From NCBI GenBank assembly GCA_963705105.1, contig CAVPIW010000004.1:14336-78335 (forward strand): DNA of 64,000 nt, given 5' to 3'. Source of the stretch: an uncultured Nitrospiraceae bacterium (GTDB lineage: Bacteria; Nitrospirota; Thermodesulfovibrionia; Thermodesulfovibrionales; Dissulfurispiraceae). The position numbers were made by a program, and so were the translations under genes. Positions 1 to 10,152 of this stretch are shown here, piece by piece. Each line of letters starts with the position of its first letter. Position 1 is the stretch's first letter. Below the pieces are notes generated by a model. The model was given only the letters and a program-made list of their open reading frames with translations, ran no database searches and was not told the DNA's origin.

Positions 1-630
1 GTCCACCTTGAAGGTCTCCGTGTTGACCACCGCAACCTCTCCTGCCTTCGGCATCGTCACGAAGAGGTCCTTCTGCTCTCTGCCGTAGGTCCAGTCCTCG
101 CCGGGTCTCTTCATGTGAATCATGGCGTAGAGGTGCGTGATGTTCTGCATGCCGATGATGGGATCGATGACGGATATCGTCGCGTCGTGGTTCATGGCGA
201 GGATGTAATAGCTGTTCAGGTCCAGCAGGGGCCGGAAAGTCATGATGCCCTTGAAGTAGAGCTGCACCTTCTGGTCGCAGGTGTAGGTCTGGGCCTCTTT
301 GCCGGTGGCCCCGCCGGTCTTGAGGTCGATCCACGCGCCGGGGTAGATGGGGGTGATGGGATTGCCCGTCGTCGCGTCGGTGACAGTGAAGGCGAGATCG
401 GCAAACTGGCCCTCCGTGAGCTCCGCCCCCGCCACAGGTTTGACGGTGAACTCGATCTTCGTGCCCTTCGTAACGAGCTCCTCCTTCACCGGTTTGCCCA
501 GATCGGAACCCTTTGCGGCAGGGGCCGGCTCTTCCTTCAGCCGCTCGAGGGCCAAGGCGTGGCTTGCCGGCATTAAGCCGACGGCAACGCCCAGGATGAT
601 GCTGAATAAAACGCTTATGTTCTTTCTCAC
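1..630 (-). CDS. Secreted YVTN/cytochrome-D1-like beta-propeller protein, partner of MnxG-type oxidase (3' part outside window)
   Basis: Not in the ORF track; translated by hand. GTG at 630 after an AAGGAG RBS gives MRKNISVLFSIILGVAVGLMPASHALA (signal peptide) ...YPGAWID...RPLLDLNSYYILAMNHDATISVIDP...LFVTMPKAGEVAVVNTETFKV. Resembles the propeller proteins encoded downstream of mnxG-like genes. Confidence 0.8.
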   Translation of the reverse strand, partial: MRKNISVLFSIILGVAVGLMPASHALALERLKEEPAPAAKGSDLGKPVKEELVTKGTKIEFTVKPVAGAELTEGQFADLAFTVTDATTGNPITPIYPGAWIDLKTGGATGKEAQTYTCDQKVQLYFKGIMTFRPLLDLNSYYILAMNHDATISVIDPIIGMQNITHLYAMIHMKRPGEDWTYGREQKDLFVTMPKAGEVAVVNTETFKVD

Positions 631-830
631 TGCTTTGACTCCTTGCTCTGTGAATTTTTCATGCCGGTAAAGGCAGATGATCATCTTTAATTATATAACA
701 TCACGCTGCATTACCAATGCCTGCGATTACAATCTGCAAACGACAGGACCGCCTCACGCAGGGCCGCCAGGCGCGCAAAGAACGACACAAGACCTGAAGC
801 TGCATTCAAGACATATGTCCCGCACAGTCC

Positions 831-896
831 GTCATGCCGGCTCGTCCGGCATCTTTCTCTGAAGAGAAGAAGGATTCCCGACAAGCGGGAATGACA
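831..896. repeat. REP-like palindromic element, family A (GTCATTCCCG...CGGGAATGAC type)
   Basis: gtcatgccggctcgtccggcatc...ggattcccgacaagcgggaatgac. Related copies at about 10056-10120, 14530-14589, 15193-15261, 18001-18087, 49180-49210 and 59463-59541. Confidence 0.75.
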
Positions 897-1020
897 AATG
901 GTGAGAAGACAGGACAGTAAGAATTCCTTTCACTGACACTCACACTGACACTGACACTTTCTTGCTTTTCTTTGCGATCTTTGCGTCTTTGCGCGAGAAT
1001 AGGTCTGTGGGGAAATCCCC

Positions 1021-1053
1021 AAAAAGGAGGGTGCGGCGGGGCCGCACCCTCCT
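1021..1053 (-). terminator. Intrinsic terminator after the multicopper oxidase gene
   Basis: AGGAGGGTGCGGC-ggg-GCCGCACCCTCCT forms a 13-bp stem followed by a T run on the minus strand. Confidence 0.75.
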
Positions 1054-1075
1054 CAAGGCTTAGAGGTTTATACGC

Positions 1076-4000
1076 TTACTCGACCCTGAAGAGGCCCATG
1101 AAACCATGGAAGCCGCCCTGCGGGTTCTGCATCCGGTACAGGTAGTCGCCCGCCACTCCGAAAGGTCCTCCGGCAGGGAACTCAGGAATGAAGTTCCAGT
1201 GCCCTGCAGGGCCGTAACCCTCCTGGGCGCCGACGACCTGGGACTGCGGGTTGAGCGCGATCTTTGCGGACTCGACGCCGCTCACCGTCTCGTGCGGGGT
1301 GCGCTGCCACGCGTGGCCGTGGATGACCGGCACGTGGGAGCGCTGATTGCCGGCCGGCATGGTGAGATAGAACCGGAACTGCTCACCATTATTGGCCGTG
1401 AAGATCGGCGTCTCAGGGTCAAGTCCGCCCACCTGGGCGTTGCTGTACAGCTTCGCGGTTGCAAAAGTCTGCTGGCCGTTCGGGCCGTTCAGCGGGGTGC
1501 CAGGCGCCATCTTCAGCCTGAACCAGTAGGGCTCGGACTTGTAGTTGAAGGCCTTGAGGCCGGAGTCCTCGGCGTCGTCGGCAACGCCGATCTGCGGGTC
1601 CTCCGTCGGGAAGCCGGGGATCGGCTGGAAGCCGAAGCCGTTATTCGCAAATATCCCTTGCGGGGCCGATGCGAAGTAACCGTTCGTCGCGCCTGTTGTC
1701 ACCGCCACGAACTCGCGGTAGGCCCCTGCAGGGCCCGTGCAGCTCGCCTGGGCCTTTGTCCCGGCGTCGGGCTTGCAGGTCTGGCCTTTCGGTTCGATCA
1801 CCAGAGCGCCCACCATGCCCTTCTGCACCTGCTTGATTTTGTCGGCCGGGGAAAGTCCAACCACGCCGAACTCGATCGGCCGCGGGTTCAGCATCACCAG
1901 GGGAATGCCCAGGATGTTCCCGACCTTTGCGATCGTGAAGTCGCCGGCGTACCAGACGTACCTCGCCGTGCGGCCGGGGCCCACGGTGTTCGTCAGGTTC
2001 TTCCCGACATTGACACCGTCGTCCCTCTCGGGGTCGAAGGCGAGGAGCTGCGTGTGAATGCCGACGTGGCTCGACGGCCTGATGTCGTTGTTGTTGAAGG
2101 TCGGCTTGAACGGTGCGCCCGCTGCATCAACAATGCCCCTGCAGTCATAGTTCGGGCACTTGTCGATGATCGGCTCGAGAGTCTGCGTGATGCCGTTCAG
2201 GTCAGGCACGTTGTTCGGCAGCCGGTTCGTCAGGCTGACGTGGACGCAATCGCCCGCGTTGGCCCTCAGGATCAGCGGCTCGGGGGCGATCGTCCCGGCC
2301 CTGAGGCCGGCGATGTCGGCGTTGTTTACATAGAGAATGGCCGTCGGGTCGTGCAGAGGTCCCGCGCCACCGGGGACGGTGAAAGCAGGCTCACCGATGG
2401 CCGGGTCGGCAGGTATTACGTTGTCCGGAACGACGTCGTCCCTCGAGTTGTAGACCAGCGTGCCGCCCGTGGCGCCGCCCAGCGGGTTCACGATGCCGGG
2501 CACCGCGGGCAGGATGTCCCGTGCCATGATGGCCGTGATGTTGAACCTCTTGACCGGCGCATTTTTCGGACAGACGCCGTTCAGGAAGTCGAAGTCGAGC
2601 CTGTTGGCCACTATGGCGGGCTTGTTGCCCACAATGCTGTTGGGCAGCGGCTTGAGGTCAGCCCTCAACTGGTTGTACGACCGCATAAGGCCCCACTCGC
2701 CGGTCCAGAGCCCGCTCATCGACATGTTCGAGGCGTACATGTAGTCGGTCGAGGGCTGGAAGCCCGGCAGTACCGAGAGCAGGTCGCCCAGGACCGCGGA
2801 GTCGAACTGGAACTGCTCGGAGATGCCCATGGACTGGTGGTTCTTCCAGCCCGAGTTCGGGTCGGCGTAGTTCATGAGCCACTTGGCGCCGTGCATGCTG
2901 AAGTGGTGAGACTCCTCCGTGGCGCCCACCTGCATCCTGATCTTCACCCGGTCGCCCTCGTAGACCCTCATCATCGGCGTGGCGGGGTCGAAGGCCCCCA
3001 CGTCCTTGCTGAGCGCCGTGGCAGCGACGTTGATGATCGGGGCCCCGATGCCGGCAGCAGTCGGGGTCGGCAGCGGCGCCGCCAGACCGTTCAGACAGAA
3101 CGGGTCGCCAAGCGGGTTGCCAACGTCGCCGCAGGTCCCAACACCCGGGGTGGCGAGACAGGACGGGCACTGTTTCGTGTTTCTTACGTAATACTGCATC
3201 ACGTTGTTCAGGTCGGGGTCGGCCCTCCGGATAGACGCAAAGGCGAAGGAGAGGTCTCCGGCCTGGCCCGCGGCCTGTTTGGTGGCAACAGGATCGAAGA
3301 CGCGGGCGCCCACAGACTCGTTCCGGTAGTTCACGATCTCGAAGCCCTGGTCAGAGCCGCCGATGGCCTCGGGGCAGGGGCTGATCGGGAGAGCGCCGCC
3401 GGGCAGTGCGGGACCCGGGCAATCCTGCGCAAACACATAGATCGCCAAGGGGTCTCCGTCCCTCGAAGGCCTCGCGATGGCCTCGAGGAAGCTGACATCA
3501 GAGATGAAGCCGTCCCAGGTCTTCTTGTAGGCCTGCTGGAAGTCGGAGTTCTCGAAGTAGAACTCGCGGTACGGCGTCGGGTTGTAGCTGCTCGAACCTG
3601 CCGGCGGGATAATCTGGGCCTGCCACGAAGTGGGGCCGCCATCGGCAGTGAGGGTCTGAGGCGAGCCGAGACGGTTTGCCAGAGGCGCGCCGGTCTCGTT
3701 GTGAATCCACTTCGACCCTGCAGGCTCGGCGAGAATGGTCGCGTAGAGGCCGATCTGCTGGAAGGTGGAAGGACCGAAGTGGTCATGGGTGAAGACGTTG
3801 CCGATGCCTCGGTCCTTCCCGGTGCTGTCGAGCACGGGGTCGGCCAGCCAGCGCTGGACCGTCGTCCGGGAGCCGCAGGTGGCGCCGCCACAGCCCAACG
3901 CGGCCGCTTGAGGTGACCCCGCAAACTGGGGAATCCCGTCAAGGGTGGGGTGCGGCTTCGGTATCAGCTGGGCCACTGTCGGACCCGTTGCAGTCGGTTT

Positions 4001-7000
4001 CCATGCGCCCGCCTTGATCGCCTTGATCCTCTCGACGATCTCGCCGGGGCTCATGGTGCCGTCCTCGTAGTTCCAGAGGTTCGCCGCGCCGTCAGAGGAG
4101 GCCACGTCGAACTTGGTCATGTGCGAGTGCTGGGCGATGATGTCGGTGGGTGTCCTGACCTGGAAGTCATCCAGCTCGTAGAAGTTCGGCACCAAGTTGC
4201 TGTGCCAGACCTCTGCGCAGTCAAGGGTGTTCAGCCTGAAGACCATCGGCGCAGGGGCCAGTTTGCCCGCGTACATGTCGGGGATGTCTCCCCAGAGGGC
4301 GATGATCCTCTGCTGCGGGAAGTGCCAGCCCTTCTTGTTCAGCACCAGGTCGATCTGGATGTTGCTGATCTTGTAAGGCCTGAGACTGTCGACCCCGAAC
4401 TGGACGGCCTCGGGAAGTACAAACCCGTTGCAGTTGTCCCCGTCAGGGTTGTCGGCCCGCGCCAGTGAGCAGTTCGGGCTGTTCCACGTGGGCGTGAAGC
4501 CCTTCACCAGCATGTCGCCCTTGCTGTCCACGCAGGGGTCGCTGTGGGGCGCGCCGGGGACTGCCTTCGCTGCGCCGTTGGTGATATAGCCGCCCCTGAA
4601 GGGCTTGCCCTGTTTATTACTTCCTTGGCAGATTGCCTCGACTGCAGCGTTGCCGGTCTGGGTCCACGTGTTGTGGCACCTCTTCTGCTGGAAGGCAAAG
4701 GAGTCCTTCTCGACGGCAGTTCCGGCCTCAGGCACCTGCTCGGCCTCGACTGCCAGGAGCTCCTTGCTGATGTCGAAGCGGTTCACGACGAACTCCGCCT
4801 CGCCGCCCGTGATGATGTGCCTCGGCAGGCCGCCGTCAAGCGAGTTTTTCAACGGGTTGGGGCATTCGTTGTTCGCGTCAAGAGGCACAAGGCACGCGAT
4901 GTCCAATGGCGGAGAGGGCGGACGGTGTCCGGCGATTGCCCCCCGATCGGCATTCGCCGCCATGATGTAGAACGGGAAGCCGGGGTTCTTCTCTTTCGTG
5001 ATCGGGTTCGGCTCGACGATGATCCTGCGCGGGTCTGCCGGGTTGATCGCCACTGCGGCAGGGGCCGGCGCCATCGGGTAGAGCGGCAGGGGAACCACCG
5101 CCGGGACCGGCGAGCCGTTGCACATGCCGACGCAGACCTTCTTCAGCGTGGTCCCTTGCCCACAGGGAGGTACGCTCTGTGTGCCGTCGGTAGCTACACA
5201 TGCATCAACCATCGCCAACTCGCCGTCGGGGTATGCGCGTGAGCCCGGTGCGGGAGGCGCGTCACGTTGCGCCCAGACTGCCCTCGTGCCGTCAGCAGCA
5301 AGGAGCGGGTCCAGCAGCGTGCCCTCGGAAAAGGTGTCGAGCATCCTGAGAGACGACCACATGCCCTGGGCGAAATGAGGATAGAAGTGGCAGTGGTAGA
5401 TCGCGTCGCCGGGGTTGGCGTTCCTGTTACCCGCACCCTCGTTCGTCAGGTCCATGGTGTAGGCGCCGCCGGGGCCTATCTGCTGCATGTCCTGGTAGTT
5501 GGCCTTGTCGCTCTTGGGCGAGAAGACCCACTGGTTGTTGTGCAGGTGGAAGATGTGGTGCTCGAAGGCACCTGCATGGATGTTCCTGAACTTGAAGTGG
5601 TCCCTGATGTAACTGTGGTGCACGTTGGACGGGTTGTCCGGGTAGAGCGCCACAGTCGCCTTGGGGCCGGGACCGGGAAGGTCCTGGGGCCCGCCGCAGA
5701 AGACGGGGTTCACGCCATCGGGTATCAGACCTGCAAAAGGCCTCACAAAGGGAGTGACCGCCGGGTCTGCGGAGATGTTGTTGACGAGCGGGTTGTTGAG
5801 GTCCTGGACGCAGCCGTTGGCAGGCACGTCGACCCACATGCCGGGGTCGCCCACCGCGTAGGAGGTGAGGAAGAACTCCTCGGCCTTGCACTCGGGGCAG
5901 TCCCACATGGGGCCCACGGCAAGCCTGTTGGCCACAATCTCGGGGCCGATGGCGCCGCCGCCGTAGTTGATGACGAAGCCGTCCTTCGTGATCGCGAAGG
6001 TGTGCTTCAGCACGGGGTTCACGAAGAAGAACGGGAAGGCCTGGACGTTGAACTGCTCGTCACCGAAGACCGAGGCGGCCTCGCGGAAGGGCAGGTCCTG
6101 CCGGGGGTTCGTCGAGGTCGACGGGTAGGTCGAGCCGATACCGAACGTGCCCTTTTTCGGGCCGGTGATGACGGCGTGGATGTCGCTGTGCACGAGCTTC
6201 GTGCCCTGCAGCATCGCCAGGATCGGCCGCCCTGCCTTGCCCTCATCCTTGAAAGGCTGGACATCGGGGTAGAGCGCGTCATAGTTGATGACCGGCTGGT
6301 CAGCCGCCGTCCTGTTCTGGTTGGCCTTGTCAAGGCAGGAAATCGAGGGGTTCGGGCCGGCAAGGACGGCAGGCTTGCACGCCGCCAGGGCCATGTCCTC
6401 GTTGGTCACGTGGCCGCGGTAGTACTCGGCCGCCGCCGACGGCATCCCGGGGATGCCGGGCTCCACGATCACCACACCGTAGAGTCCGAAGGCCAGGCTT
6501 CCGCCCGCGCCCTCCGAGCCGGTCGTGTTGGCCATGTTGGTGATCATGTAGACGTTCTCGTCCTGGGCGTAGTAGGTGTATATCTTCTGTTTGCCCGGCG
6601 CGGCAAGGCTGCTCGCGTTTTTACCGACCCAGGAGCCGTCGCTATCGATGCTACCCACGAGCGGCAGGCCCGTCACGTGCGCCGAGGCGTCACGGGTGAC
6701 GTTCTGCTCGTTCGGGTCGATCGGAACGGGGTTTAAGAGGTTTGTGAAGTTGATCTGCAGGCAGTCGCCCTTGCTCACGCGCAGGGCGATGGGCTGCGGC
6801 CTCTTGTCGGGGCGCAGCACAACCTGGCCTGCCTGGCAGCCGCCACCTACGCATGGTGTCTTGCCGATGACACCGCCAGTGATCGGAAAAACGTCCTCGG
6901 CCAGGGCATAAATCATGCCCAGGTTGTTCAGCGAGCCGAGTCTGTTCAGGAAGTAATTCTGGTCGAGGGCGATCACGTCGGCAACGATTGTCCGGTTGCA

Positions 7001-7108
7001 AGCCGCTTGATTCGCAGCCGCCTTGTCGGGCGTCGCGAAGCCGACGATGAGCCCCAGGACCAGAATCAGCACAGTGAGTGCCGTCCATCGTGGTATCTGG
7101 TCTTTCAT
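1076..7108 (-). CDS. mnxG: Giant secreted multicopper oxidase, MnxG (Mn(II)-oxidase)-like
   Basis: 2010 aa with an N-terminal signal peptide. Copper motifs HHIFHLH, YHCHFYPHFAQGM (T1 Cys/His/Met), QHSH, THDH, HHFSMHG and HVPVIHGH. Segments PLVLR-like, DDFQVRTPTDI and GDYLYR are typical of MnxG-family oxidases. Confidence 0.85.
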   Translation of the reverse strand: MKDQIPRWTALTVLILVLGLIVGFATPDKAAANQAACNRTIVADVIALDQNYFLNRLGSLNNLGMIYALAEDVFPITGGVIGKTPCVGGGCQAGQVVLRPDKRPQPIALRVSKGDCLQINFTNLLNPVPIDPNEQNVTRDASAHVTGLPLVGSIDSDGSWVGKNASSLAAPGKQKIYTYYAQDENVYMITNMANTTGSEGAGGSLAFGLYGVVIVEPGIPGMPSAAAEYYRGHVTNEDMALAACKPAVLAGPNPSISCLDKANQNRTAADQPVINYDALYPDVQPFKDEGKAGRPILAMLQGTKLVHSDIHAVITGPKKGTFGIGSTYPSTSTNPRQDLPFREAASVFGDEQFNVQAFPFFFVNPVLKHTFAITKDGFVINYGGGAIGPEIVANRLAVGPMWDCPECKAEEFFLTSYAVGDPGMWVDVPANGCVQDLNNPLVNNISADPAVTPFVRPFAGLIPDGVNPVFCGGPQDLPGPGPKATVALYPDNPSNVHHSYIRDHFKFRNIHAGAFEHHIFHLHNNQWVFSPKSDKANYQDMQQIGPGGAYTMDLTNEGAGNRNANPGDAIYHCHFYPHFAQGMWSSLRMLDTFSEGTLLDPLLAADGTRAVWAQRDAPPAPGSRAYPDGELAMVDACVATDGTQSVPPCGQGTTLKKVCVGMCNGSPVPAVVPLPLYPMAPAPAAVAINPADPRRIIVEPNPITKEKNPGFPFYIMAANADRGAIAGHRPPSPPLDIACLVPLDANNECPNPLKNSLDGGLPRHIITGGEAEFVVNRFDISKELLAVEAEQVPEAGTAVEKDSFAFQQKRCHNTWTQTGNAAVEAICQGSNKQGKPFRGGYITNGAAKAVPGAPHSDPCVDSKGDMLVKGFTPTWNSPNCSLARADNPDGDNCNGFVLPEAVQFGVDSLRPYKISNIQIDLVLNKKGWHFPQQRIIALWGDIPDMYAGKLAPAPMVFRLNTLDCAEVWHSNLVPNFYELDDFQVRTPTDIIAQHSHMTKFDVASSDGAANLWNYEDGTMSPGEIVERIKAIKAGAWKPTATGPTVAQLIPKPHPTLDGIPQFAGSPQAAALGCGGATCGSRTTVQRWLADPVLDSTGKDRGIGNVFTHDHFGPSTFQQIGLYATILAEPAGSKWIHNETGAPLANRLGSPQTLTADGGPTSWQAQIIPPAGSSSYNPTPYREFYFENSDFQQAYKKTWDGFISDVSFLEAIARPSRDGDPLAIYVFAQDCPGPALPGGALPISPCPEAIGGSDQGFEIVNYRNESVGARVFDPVATKQAAGQAGDLSFAFASIRRADPDLNNVMQYYVRNTKQCPSCLATPGVGTCGDVGNPLGDPFCLNGLAAPLPTPTAAGIGAPIINVAATALSKDVGAFDPATPMMRVYEGDRVKIRMQVGATEESHHFSMHGAKWLMNYADPNSGWKNHQSMGISEQFQFDSAVLGDLLSVLPGFQPSTDYMYASNMSMSGLWTGEWGLMRSYNQLRADLKPLPNSIVGNKPAIVANRLDFDFLNGVCPKNAPVKRFNITAIMARDILPAVPGIVNPLGGATGGTLVYNSRDDVVPDNVIPADPAIGEPAFTVPGGAGPLHDPTAILYVNNADIAGLRAGTIAPEPLILRANAGDCVHVSLTNRLPNNVPDLNGITQTLEPIIDKCPNYDCRGIVDAAGAPFKPTFNNNDIRPSSHVGIHTQLLAFDPERDDGVNVGKNLTNTVGPGRTARYVWYAGDFTIAKVGNILGIPLVMLNPRPIEFGVVGLSPADKIKQVQKGMVGALVIEPKGQTCKPDAGTKAQASCTGPAGAYREFVAVTTGATNGYFASAPQGIFANNGFGFQPIPGFPTEDPQIGVADDAEDSGLKAFNYKSEPYWFRLKMAPGTPLNGPNGQQTFATAKLYSNAQVGGLDPETPIFTANNGEQFRFYLTMPAGNQRSHVPVIHGHAWQRTPHETVSGVESAKIALNPQSQVVGAQEGYGPAGHWNFIPEFPAGGPFGVAGDYLYRMQNPQGGFHGFMGLFRVE

Positions 7109-7227
7109 GATTTGTTCTCCTCTCTCATGTTAGACATGTTCATACTTGTTCCCTCCCCTCGTGGGAGCCGCCTGAAATGCGTTTTCCCCTTTAACAGGGA
7201 ATCCCTTGTGCTCTCACCTCCCTTTTG

Positions 7228-7626
7228 TTATGGCAGTGGTACACTGTCGAGCCATTCCTTTGTCTGGCCCCTGTTGTTTTCCTGTATCCTGCGGGCGAAG
7301 TCCTCGAAGTCGAGCGGCTTTTCGAGAAAAGCGACGACGCCGAGCGCCGCAAGCCTCTGCTCCGTGTCATTGTTCAGAAAGGCCGACATGACCATGACGG
7401 GGATGTCGGGGTGTCTCCTGTTCATCTCGCCGATGAGCTCGAACCCGTCCATGACAGGCATGAAGAGGTCGGTGACGACGAGGTCGATGGGCTTCCTGTC
7501 AAGGATTTCCAGCGCCTCTTTCCCGTTGAGGGCCGTGAAGACCGCCAGGCGCTTCGAGGAGCACAGGCCGTCGCAGAGGCTCTGCAGAAAACCCGCTTCA
7601 TCGTCCACGACGAGCACCTTTTTCAT
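7228..7626 (-). CDS. Single-domain response regulator (CheY-like)
   Basis: MKKVLVVDD...DLVVTDLFMPVMDG...FLEKP. ATG at 7626 follows a purine-rich RBS. Confidence 0.9.
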   Translation of the reverse strand: MKKVLVVDDEAGFLQSLCDGLCSSKRLAVFTALNGKEALEILDRKPIDLVVTDLFMPVMDGFELIGEMNRRHPDIPVMVMSAFLNNDTEQRLAALGVVAFLEKPLDFEDFARRIQENNRGQTKEWLDSVPLP

Positions 7627-7695
7627 ATCCCTCTTTCCTCTTGCGGAGGGCAATTACGAACCTGCCAACCGTTTCGCGCCTTTTTTTTCAATATC

Positions 7696-7790
7696 ATTAT
7701 GCGCTATGGACGAGGGGATGTCTATGGAAAGAACTACCTATTTAACGGTCCGCAGAAATACCTATTTGGGGGTAGGTAGAAATACCTACC
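7696..7790 (-). promoter_or_regulatory. Promoter cassette 1: three TACCTA boxes (24-bp period) plus -10 CATAAT
   Basis: TACCTA at 7735, 7759 and 7783. The third box is part of the palindrome GGTAGGTA-gaaa-TACCTACC. CATAAT lies on the minus strand at 7696-7701. Confidence 0.7.
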
Positions 7791-7954
7791 GACCCTTCCT
7801 TTTCAGGACACGGGTCAATCGGGAGGTCGACGATCTTGTAAGGCCTGAGGTTGGGTTTACCGAGCGGGGAGCTCAGGGGGTCGTCGTCGCCATGAACTGG
7901 ATTTTCACGACACTTCGTCTTCGTCTTGCCTTTCCATGCAACGACAGGGTGTAA

Positions 7955-7990
7955 AAAATGAAGAAGCCGCAGGCTTCAGCCTGCGGCTTC
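7955..7990 (-). terminator. Terminator/REP-like hairpin after the ELWxxDGT gene
   Basis: GAAGCCGCAGGCT-tc-AGCCTGCGGCTTC followed by T-rich sequence on the minus strand. Similar cores occur at about 18165 and 43865. Confidence 0.6.
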
Positions 7991-8015
7991 GGGCTCTGCG
8001 ATTGAGAAGCCCTCT

Positions 8016-9857
8016 CTACGGCCCGGGCACGACCAATATCGTCTGCCACACGTAAAAGGTGCCTATGTCCCCCGCCTTTGTTATCGCCACAAAGAAATTG
8101 TAATCGGCCGGCGGAAACAGACTGAGCGGGATGGCGTTAAACAGCCCGGCGCTCACCTGAGTCGTCACATCCTCCCGCCAGGGCACGAAACCCTCGGAGA
8201 GCGGACGCAGGGTGAAGTCCGGATGGAGTATGAAAATCTCCGGAGTCAGCTTCGGCGCTGTTATCGCCACGTAGATATCGATTGGACCGGCATAGGGTCC
8301 CGTAGCAAGGCTCACGCGCACTGCGTCCCCGCCTGAGGCTGCGCTGCCGAGGCCGAGCGGCTTGGCGTCGGCAGGCGCGGCGCCAACCACGGGGTCGTCG
8401 ACAGCCTGATAGAGGAACACCTCCTTGCCGGCAGGCAGGGGCAGCAGAACGGCGTCGGGCCTGAGGACCCACAGTTCAGAGCCGTCAACGCCGTCATCGG
8501 CTGCAAAGAAGAGCGTGCCGCTCACGTTTGCGAGAAAAGCGGGAGATGACGGGCTGGCGCCGGGGTTGATGTCCTTGACCAGGACGGTACCGGCCGCCGT
8601 GCCGTCGCTCTTCCACAGCTCGAGGCCGTTCGTCCCGTTTTCCGCCGCGAAGTACAGCGTGCCGTTCACGTTTGTCAGGGAATCCAGGAACGAGCTTGTC
8701 GCCCCGGGTGCGATGTCCCTGACAAGCACCGTGCCGGCCGCCGTGCCGTCGCTCTTCCACAGCTCGAAACCGGTGGTCCCGTTGTCGGCGACGAAAAAGA
8801 GCGTACCGCCCACGTCCGTAAGAGATGCCGGCAAAGAGGGAAGCGCACCGGGATTGATGTCCTTGACGAGGACCGTGCCCGCCGCTGTGCCGTCACTCTT
8901 CCACAGCTCGAGGCCGTCGGTCACGTTTTCGGCGGCAAAGAACAACGTGCCGTTGACATTCGTCAGAGATCCCGAAAAAATCGATGAGGAATTCCCTGCG
9001 AAGATGTCCCTGACCAGGACGGTCCCGGCCGCCGTCCCGTCGCTTTTCCACAGCTCGAAACCGTTCGTCCCGTTGTCCGCCGCAAAGTACAGCGTGCCGT
9101 TCACGTTTGTCAGGGAATCCGGGAACGAGCTTGTCGCCCCGGGTGCGATGTCCTTGACGAGGACCGTGCCCGCCGCCGTCCCGTCGCTCTTCCACAGCTC
9201 GAAACCGGTGGTCCCGTTGTCGGCGACGAAGAAAAGCGTGCCGTTCACGTTCGTCAGGAGGTCCGGGGAAGAAGGGGCGATACCGGGGTTGATGTCCTTG
9301 ACGAGGACGGTCCCGGCCGCCGTCCCGTCGCTTTTCCACAGCTCGAAACCGCTAACGCCGTCGTCGGCCACGAAAAAAAGCGTGCCGTTGACGTTCGTCA
9401 GGAGACCCGGGGAAGAGGAGGCGACACCGGGGCTGATGTCCCTGACAAGGACGGTCCCCGCAGCCGTCCCGTCGCTCTTCCACAGCTCGACGCCGCTGAC
9501 GACGGCATCAGCCACGAAAAAAAGCGTGCCGTTCACGCTCGTCAGGAGGTCCGGGGAAGAGGAGGTGATACCGGGGTTGATGTCCCTGACAAGGACGGTC
9601 CCCGCAGCCGTCCCGTCGCTTTTCCACAGCTCGACGCCGCTGACACCGTCGTCGGCTGCGAAATATGCCACTCCGCCCACGTCCGTTATGTTCGCAGGGT
9701 TGGAGCCGAATATGCCGGGCTGTATGGTTATTGAGACGGGATCCGCCCCGAAGGTCAGCCCCGGAAACACCGGCACTATAAACAGCAACGCAAAAAAGAT
9801 CGCCCTCCTGAGAAAAACTTCTATCATCGTCCCTCTTGTTAACCGATTGCGCCCCAT
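8016..9857 (-). CDS. Secreted ELWxxDGT-repeat (beta-propeller) protein with a 142-aa C-terminal domain
   Basis: Signal peptide, then eight about 48-aa ELWKSDGTAAGTVLV(K/R)DI repeats plus a partial ninth. Confidence 0.9.
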   Translation of the reverse strand: MGRNRLTRGTMIEVFLRRAIFFALLFIVPVFPGLTFGADPVSITIQPGIFGSNPANITDVGGVAYFAADDGVSGVELWKSDGTAAGTVLVRDINPGITSSSPDLLTSVNGTLFFVADAVVSGVELWKSDGTAAGTVLVRDISPGVASSSPGLLTNVNGTLFFVADDGVSGFELWKSDGTAAGTVLVKDINPGIAPSSPDLLTNVNGTLFFVADNGTTGFELWKSDGTAAGTVLVKDIAPGATSSFPDSLTNVNGTLYFAADNGTNGFELWKSDGTAAGTVLVRDIFAGNSSSIFSGSLTNVNGTLFFAAENVTDGLELWKSDGTAAGTVLVKDINPGALPSLPASLTDVGGTLFFVADNGTTGFELWKSDGTAAGTVLVRDIAPGATSSFLDSLTNVNGTLYFAAENGTNGLELWKSDGTAAGTVLVKDINPGASPSSPAFLANVSGTLFFAADDGVDGSELWVLRPDAVLLPLPAGKEVFLYQAVDDPVVGAAPADAKPLGLGSAASGGDAVRVSLATGPYAGPIDIYVAITAPKLTPEIFILHPDFTLRPLSEGFVPWREDVTTQVSAGLFNAIPLSLFPPADYNFFVAITKAGDIGTFYVWQTILVVPGP

Positions 9858-10152
9858 GTCTTCCTCCCTGTTGTGCCGTTCTCAGCATTATTACTCACGA
9901 CCCTGATTTTCAAATGCCTCATATTGCCTCATATTTTAACAAGCCTCACCTGCTATCCTTAAATTATCATCCACCGGGCTGAACATGTCAAGAGCGTGCA
10001 ACAATGCGCATTTGGCCCTCCCTGCATGCAGCTTAGAACTATCATTACTCCGACTGTCACCCTGTGCTTGCCCGCTAATCCGGCATTCGGCTGTCGTATT
10101 CCCACCGTCGCGGGAATGACGATTTCAAAATGATAAAAAGATTCACTCTTCT

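Noticed and set aside
1106..6736. Long plus-strand ORFs (936, 232, 489 aa) opposite mnxG
   Set aside because: Antisense shadows caused by high-GC codon bias; they carry no motifs.
8540..9660. Regularly spaced repeats suggesting CRISPR or DGR template/variable repeats
   Set aside because: They are in-frame 144-bp coding repeats. There are no unique spacers, no cas or reverse transcriptase gene, and no adenine-specific mismatch pattern.
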